A stretch of DNA of 64,000 nucleotides from Entomortierella parvispora E1425 (Eukaryota > Fungi > Mortierellomycota). The DNA lies in contig BQFW01000007.1 of assembly GCA_020891255.1 (NCBI GenBank), positions 1,178,001 through 1,242,000 of the forward strand, read 5' to 3'. Under the pieces are notes generated by a model, which was not told where the DNA came from, did not search any database, and saw nothing but the letters and a program-made list of their open reading frames with translations. Positions 60,169 through 64,000 of the stretch are shown here, one piece after another. How positions within the stretch are numbered: the stretch's first letter is position 1; every line of letters starts with the position of its first letter. The position numbers were made by a program, and so were the translations under genes.

Positions 60169-60217
60169 CAATTATATCCTTAAAGTCCTCGACGGACTTC
60201 GGATCTTATGGCTTCAA

Positions 60218-60224
60218 GCGACCT

Positions 60225-60265
<41 letters not shown>

Positions 60266-60290
60266 GTGTGTTCAATCCACACAGGTCGCA
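60218..60290 (+). tRNA. tRNA-Phe(GAA), intronless
   Basis: GCGACCTTAGCTCAGTTGGGAGAGCGTCAGACTGAAGATCTGAAGGTCGTGTGTTCAATCCACACAGGTCGCA folds to a perfect cloverleaf; TTTT terminator follows. Confidence 0.97.
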
Positions 60291-60579
60291 TTCCTTTTGC
60301 CTCGCCTCGATTCAAAGCGAGGCGACTCCTTTTTGCGGCGAAACTGCGTCAAGATCGGTGTCAATGCTGTGGGCTGTGGTTGTCACAAAAGACTGCAAGG
60401 AGTTCGTTTTGACTCGAAAGGAGATGAATCAAAGGGGTGCAGCAGCAGTTAGTCTTTGCCAGACAGAGAGAGAACTAAGGTTCGAACGGCCCTTTTTTTT
60501 TTCTGTGGGTATTTTGTTTTGTTTTCATTTCTTTCATCTTTCCCACCCGATCACTCCTTCCGTAACCCTTTTTTTCATA

Positions 60580-61723
60580 ATGGTGAACATTTGCCTCGTT
60601 TCCACGGCGGCCTCTTTATTTCTCGGCCTGCTCTCTATCCATGGCGAGGCTCGACCCTTTCCGGGTAGTCAAGAGGCAGTACAGACGCAGTTCAATCTCC
60701 AGCAGGGTCCACAGAGGCAGACATGTTTATCAAGAGAGTTCACGGACATGGTGGTTTTTGGCGATTCCTTCAGTGATGGCGGCAATACCTTTGATCTATC
60801 CAACGGTTCTTGGCCCGAGCCTCTCTATTACCCTGGCGGAAGGTTCTCAAACGGCAAAGTCTGGACAGACTATGTGAGTGGAACTACCAGCAAGGAAAAC
60901 TGGATACAACGACAAAGTGCCTCCAATGTCACTAACGTTCCTTTGTTTCTTTCTCCTGGATTTGATACAGGTTACGGAAGCAAGACGATTTAGAACAACC
61001 AACTTTGCATATGGAGGAGCCACAACTGATTCAAAGGTCGTGCAAGGATATTCTGGAAGGGAAGCTGATATCCCAGTCCCTGGATTTCATCAACAACTGG
61101 ATACATACAGTGCCGAGTTGAAGAATGGCGACGCAGGCGATGAGAAACTGAACTCGACGCTGTTCGTAGTGTCTTTTCAGGGTAACGACTTTATTTTCGA
61201 TCCTAACATTAGAACCGAACAAGTGCTGTCAAATATTGAGCACGGCATCCGAAGATTGATCGAAAAGATGGGTGCCCAACATTTGATTGTTGTGGAAAAC
61301 TTTGACTTCGGAAAAGTCCCTTACTTCCTTTTCAACTCGACACTTTCAAGAGAGAAGACAGCCCTCGCACAGAAGCAATATCGGGAATACCAAGAGCTGA
61401 TCCAGCGATTGAGGCGAGACTATGGTGGATCGAAGAGGTCACTCAAGTGCAAGGAGGGCAGCGAGAATGGCAGCAATGCAGACTCGACTACAGGAAAACG
61501 GAAAGCGAATATTGTCTTCTTTGATCTCTATGCCCTCTTTGATAAGCTGCATTGTCCCAGGCAATTGAGACGGCTCGGTATCCGAGACATCGATCATGGA
61601 TGTGTTGATGATAGGGCGACGAAGCAGTGCGAGTCTCCTTCGGAGCATTTCTTTTATGACTCGTTCCATCCCTCGACCAAAGTGCATCGCGAAGTGGCCA
61701 ATGGCATTTTGGGCCTTATTTGA
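60580..61723 (+). CDS. Secreted GDSL/SGNH lipase-esterase; exons 60580-60873, 60971-61723
   Basis: Signal peptide; VVFGDSFSDGGN, GRFSNGKVWTDY, NFAYGGAT, QGND, FFYDSFHPST. Confidence 0.94.
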
Positions 61724-62970
61724 AGTTATGAAATAAAGGACCGAAAAAAATCAATGAGAAAAAGGGGGATGATTGTTGCCTGCAAGAGGATGGCAGCTCA
61801 ACGGTCTTGTGGGAGCACATGCCCACAGTTGGAGCAAGTCCAATTTCGCCCAAAGTCTTCCCTCGCACCACGTTTTGCATGCCTATATGTACCATGAGCT
61901 GCAAAAGATCCCGCATCTCCTTTGACCCGGATGTGAGCTTTTACGAACGATTCAAAGATTCAGATCGTGTTTGTGAAGGCTAAAATTGCTTGTGGAGCAA
62001 GGTCTTGCGCAGACAGGAAAACATCAGTGATATTTTTAGCCCCCTTTCATATGTTCATTCGACAGTGCATCGGCCAACGACGACCGTTGTGAGCGCTGGG
62101 TACAGAGGAAAATAATAAACTGGTCCATTCCTGTGGCAAGAATTGTCTAGTAGGCAAAGTGCATGGAGCCGATTTGCTTTAGGCCTGCGAAGGAGAGTCG
62201 TCCATGAGATATTCGGTACTTGAACACCAGGAGTCTTAAGGCTCAGAGAGCTGTTTCGTAGCAGCAGGGTGCAACCCATTTGTCATCGACGTCTAGAAAG
62301 AAACAGGGAGAGAAGAAAAAAAAAGTGAGCCATCAATGGCTCTCGTTCCTTTGCAGACGAAAGAAATTATGGCGTGAGGACCATGTTGCTTGTTGGGTAA
62401 AAAGGAAGGGGGCAGGTCAGTTGCGTCAGACCCTGGCGCGCCTCCAGTTCCCGGGTCAGGGAGCGAGCGGTTGTAACCGCACCTGCGCCAGTGAAATGGT
62501 GGCAACAAATGCAAATGCCTCGTCCCACGCACAAGGGCGTCGAGCAGCACCCAACCAGAGACCAACAACAGCCATTGGAAGGTAACCATAGAGTCGACGC
62601 CCCAGCCGCGGCGTTAGACAGAGTTTTTCGTCAGAGACGAACACAAAACTGGTCTGAGCAAGAGCAGCAAACCAAAAGAGCAGGCAGACAAAGGGAAAAC
62701 AGTGAGCAGAGCCATGAGTGCGAGCAGCCAGAGGAAGGGGGACAACAGGCCGGTAGCCGGAGGAACCGATTTGCTCGTTGTTGATTCACTTCTTCCATCC
62801 ACCCCCCATCCGCATTCCTCCCTCCTTCTTTCGCTTGTCGAGCCCTGTCTTCGTTCGTCTCCTGTTCAAAAGGGAGATACAAACATCGACACCAAAGAGA
62901 GAGACGGTTTCCTGATCATTGCAGCCCATTTCTCTCATCTCGGAATCCTCTCTCGCTCTACATTCAGACT

Positions 62971-64000
62971 ATGCAGCTTCGACCAAGAAGTATGCCGACT
63001 CTGGTCTGGCAGTCCTGCCTCTCGCTCCTGGCTGCCATGAGTCTTGTTCAGGCACAACTCACGGTAAATAGGAAGACAGGGGTTTTGAAAACAATTAATA
63101 ACAGGAACAATGGCGGTCCAGAGCACTTGCAGACATACCGCTTTAGAAGAGCGACGACAGCCTGACCGTTAACAGCAAAGCTTAAGAGTTGGACGATGTC
63201 ATGGTCTCGACATGTAGACAAGAGAAGGAGAGGAAAGAGGAGAAGAGTGATCTTCCACCTTCTCCTGCACCGGTATCCAAACTCCACAATCGCAACGCGT
63301 CGGACTGACACATCCATCTCCTTTCTATTACAGGTCCCCCCGACATCCGCGACGGAGGTGCCGCCGACAACTATCACAACGACAACAGCAGCGATCATCA
63401 TCACCACCACCACCACCACCACCACCACCAATTCTCCCCCTCCTACCATTCCCGTTACTCCTACTGTCAGCACCACCACCTCCGCCTTTGTCTCTATACC
63501 CACCACTGCTCCTCCATTTACCAGTTCCTTTGTAACATCCACTGGAGCTACGACTACATCTACGACTACCGCTCCACCTTTGCCTACTACAGGTGGCAAG
63601 GAGAGTTCCAGCAACAATGTCCCAGTCATTGTAGGCGCTGCCGTCGGTGGTGTTGCTGTGATCATCATTTTCGCAACAACTATAATCTGTTTCCGACGCC
63701 GCCGACGTAACAACCGGGATTTGACCTTTGATACTCTGCAAGGTATTAGCACATCGGGCGCAGCTTCCCGTCAGAGACCCGACCAACGGTACAATCAGAA
63801 TGTGGCACCAGTTGTCTACGATGATGACTATGATTATGACGTGGCAGAGGCTCATCATGGGCATGTGCCAGGAGGGTACGGTGCGGCCGGAGGACATCAG
63901 GGCTATGACAATGGGTACGACGCCTTTGGCGCGCCTCTCCCATCAACGTACCAGAACCCCTCCATCTTCCAGGAGGATTCTTTGGCCTACTCCACTGCTG
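62971..64000 (+). CDS. Type I membrane mucin-like protein (Mid2/Wsc-like architecture), 3' end outside window; exons 62971-63063, 63334 onward
   Basis: Signal peptide ending VQA-QLT, GT-AG intron, S/T/P-rich stalk, TM VIVGAAVGGVAVIIIFATTIICF followed by RRRRR, Tyr/Asp-rich tail. Confidence 0.85.

Noticed and set aside
56159-60181. GTATCCTT/ATATCCTT strings as U12-type intron donors
   Set aside because: Those seen fall inside exons, on the non-coding strand or in intergenic DNA; the introns I reconstructed are ordinary GT-AG.
63048-63752. 234-aa Val-rich minus-strand ORF
   Set aside because: Antisense shadow of the Thr/Ser-rich mucin-like gene on the plus strand.
1-64000. Autonomous transposons, endogenous viral elements, rRNA or selenoprotein genes
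   Set aside because: No transposase, reverse transcriptase, integrase, capsid or rRNA motifs, and no in-frame TGA within a conserved redox motif, were seen by eye.

Overview
Eukaryotic, intron-containing, about 50% GC fungal genomic DNA. The F-box/LRR proteins with a PWVCxxL signature and the overall gene style suggest Mortierellaceae (inference, not a database result). I support 25 protein-coding loci, two cut by the window edges and one a clear pseudogene, many reconstructed by hand across GT-AG introns. They include an HMG-box protein, REX1-type exonuclease, DeSI peptidase, PLC-like phosphodiesterase, TM9SF3, DBP10, TIM50, AVT2-like transporter, METTL25, HAL/NPR kinase, nucleotide-sugar transporter, COA4, PEP12-like syntaxin, arylamine NAT, GDSL lipase and three F-box/LRR copies. 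There are four tRNA genes (Gly-GCC x2, Ala-TGC, Phe-GAA). I found no transposase, reverse transcriptase, rRNA or CRISPR array. Most notable: (1) all four tRNA genes carry 2-3 copies of a palindromic RTCACGTGAY-type E-box about 50-95 bp upstream, a candidate upstream control system for Pol III genes; (2) the tRNA-Ala replaces the near-invariant G53-C61 pair with a compensatory U53-A61; (3) two head-to-head secreted proteins share a cryptic ungapped C-terminal motif; (4) a tandem two-domain protein resembling restriction-endonuclease-like folds; (5) a 13-Cys heptad insertion inside the PLC-like enzyme; (6) a 159-bp poly(A)-tailed segment flanked by a 13-bp direct repeat upstream of a tRNA.
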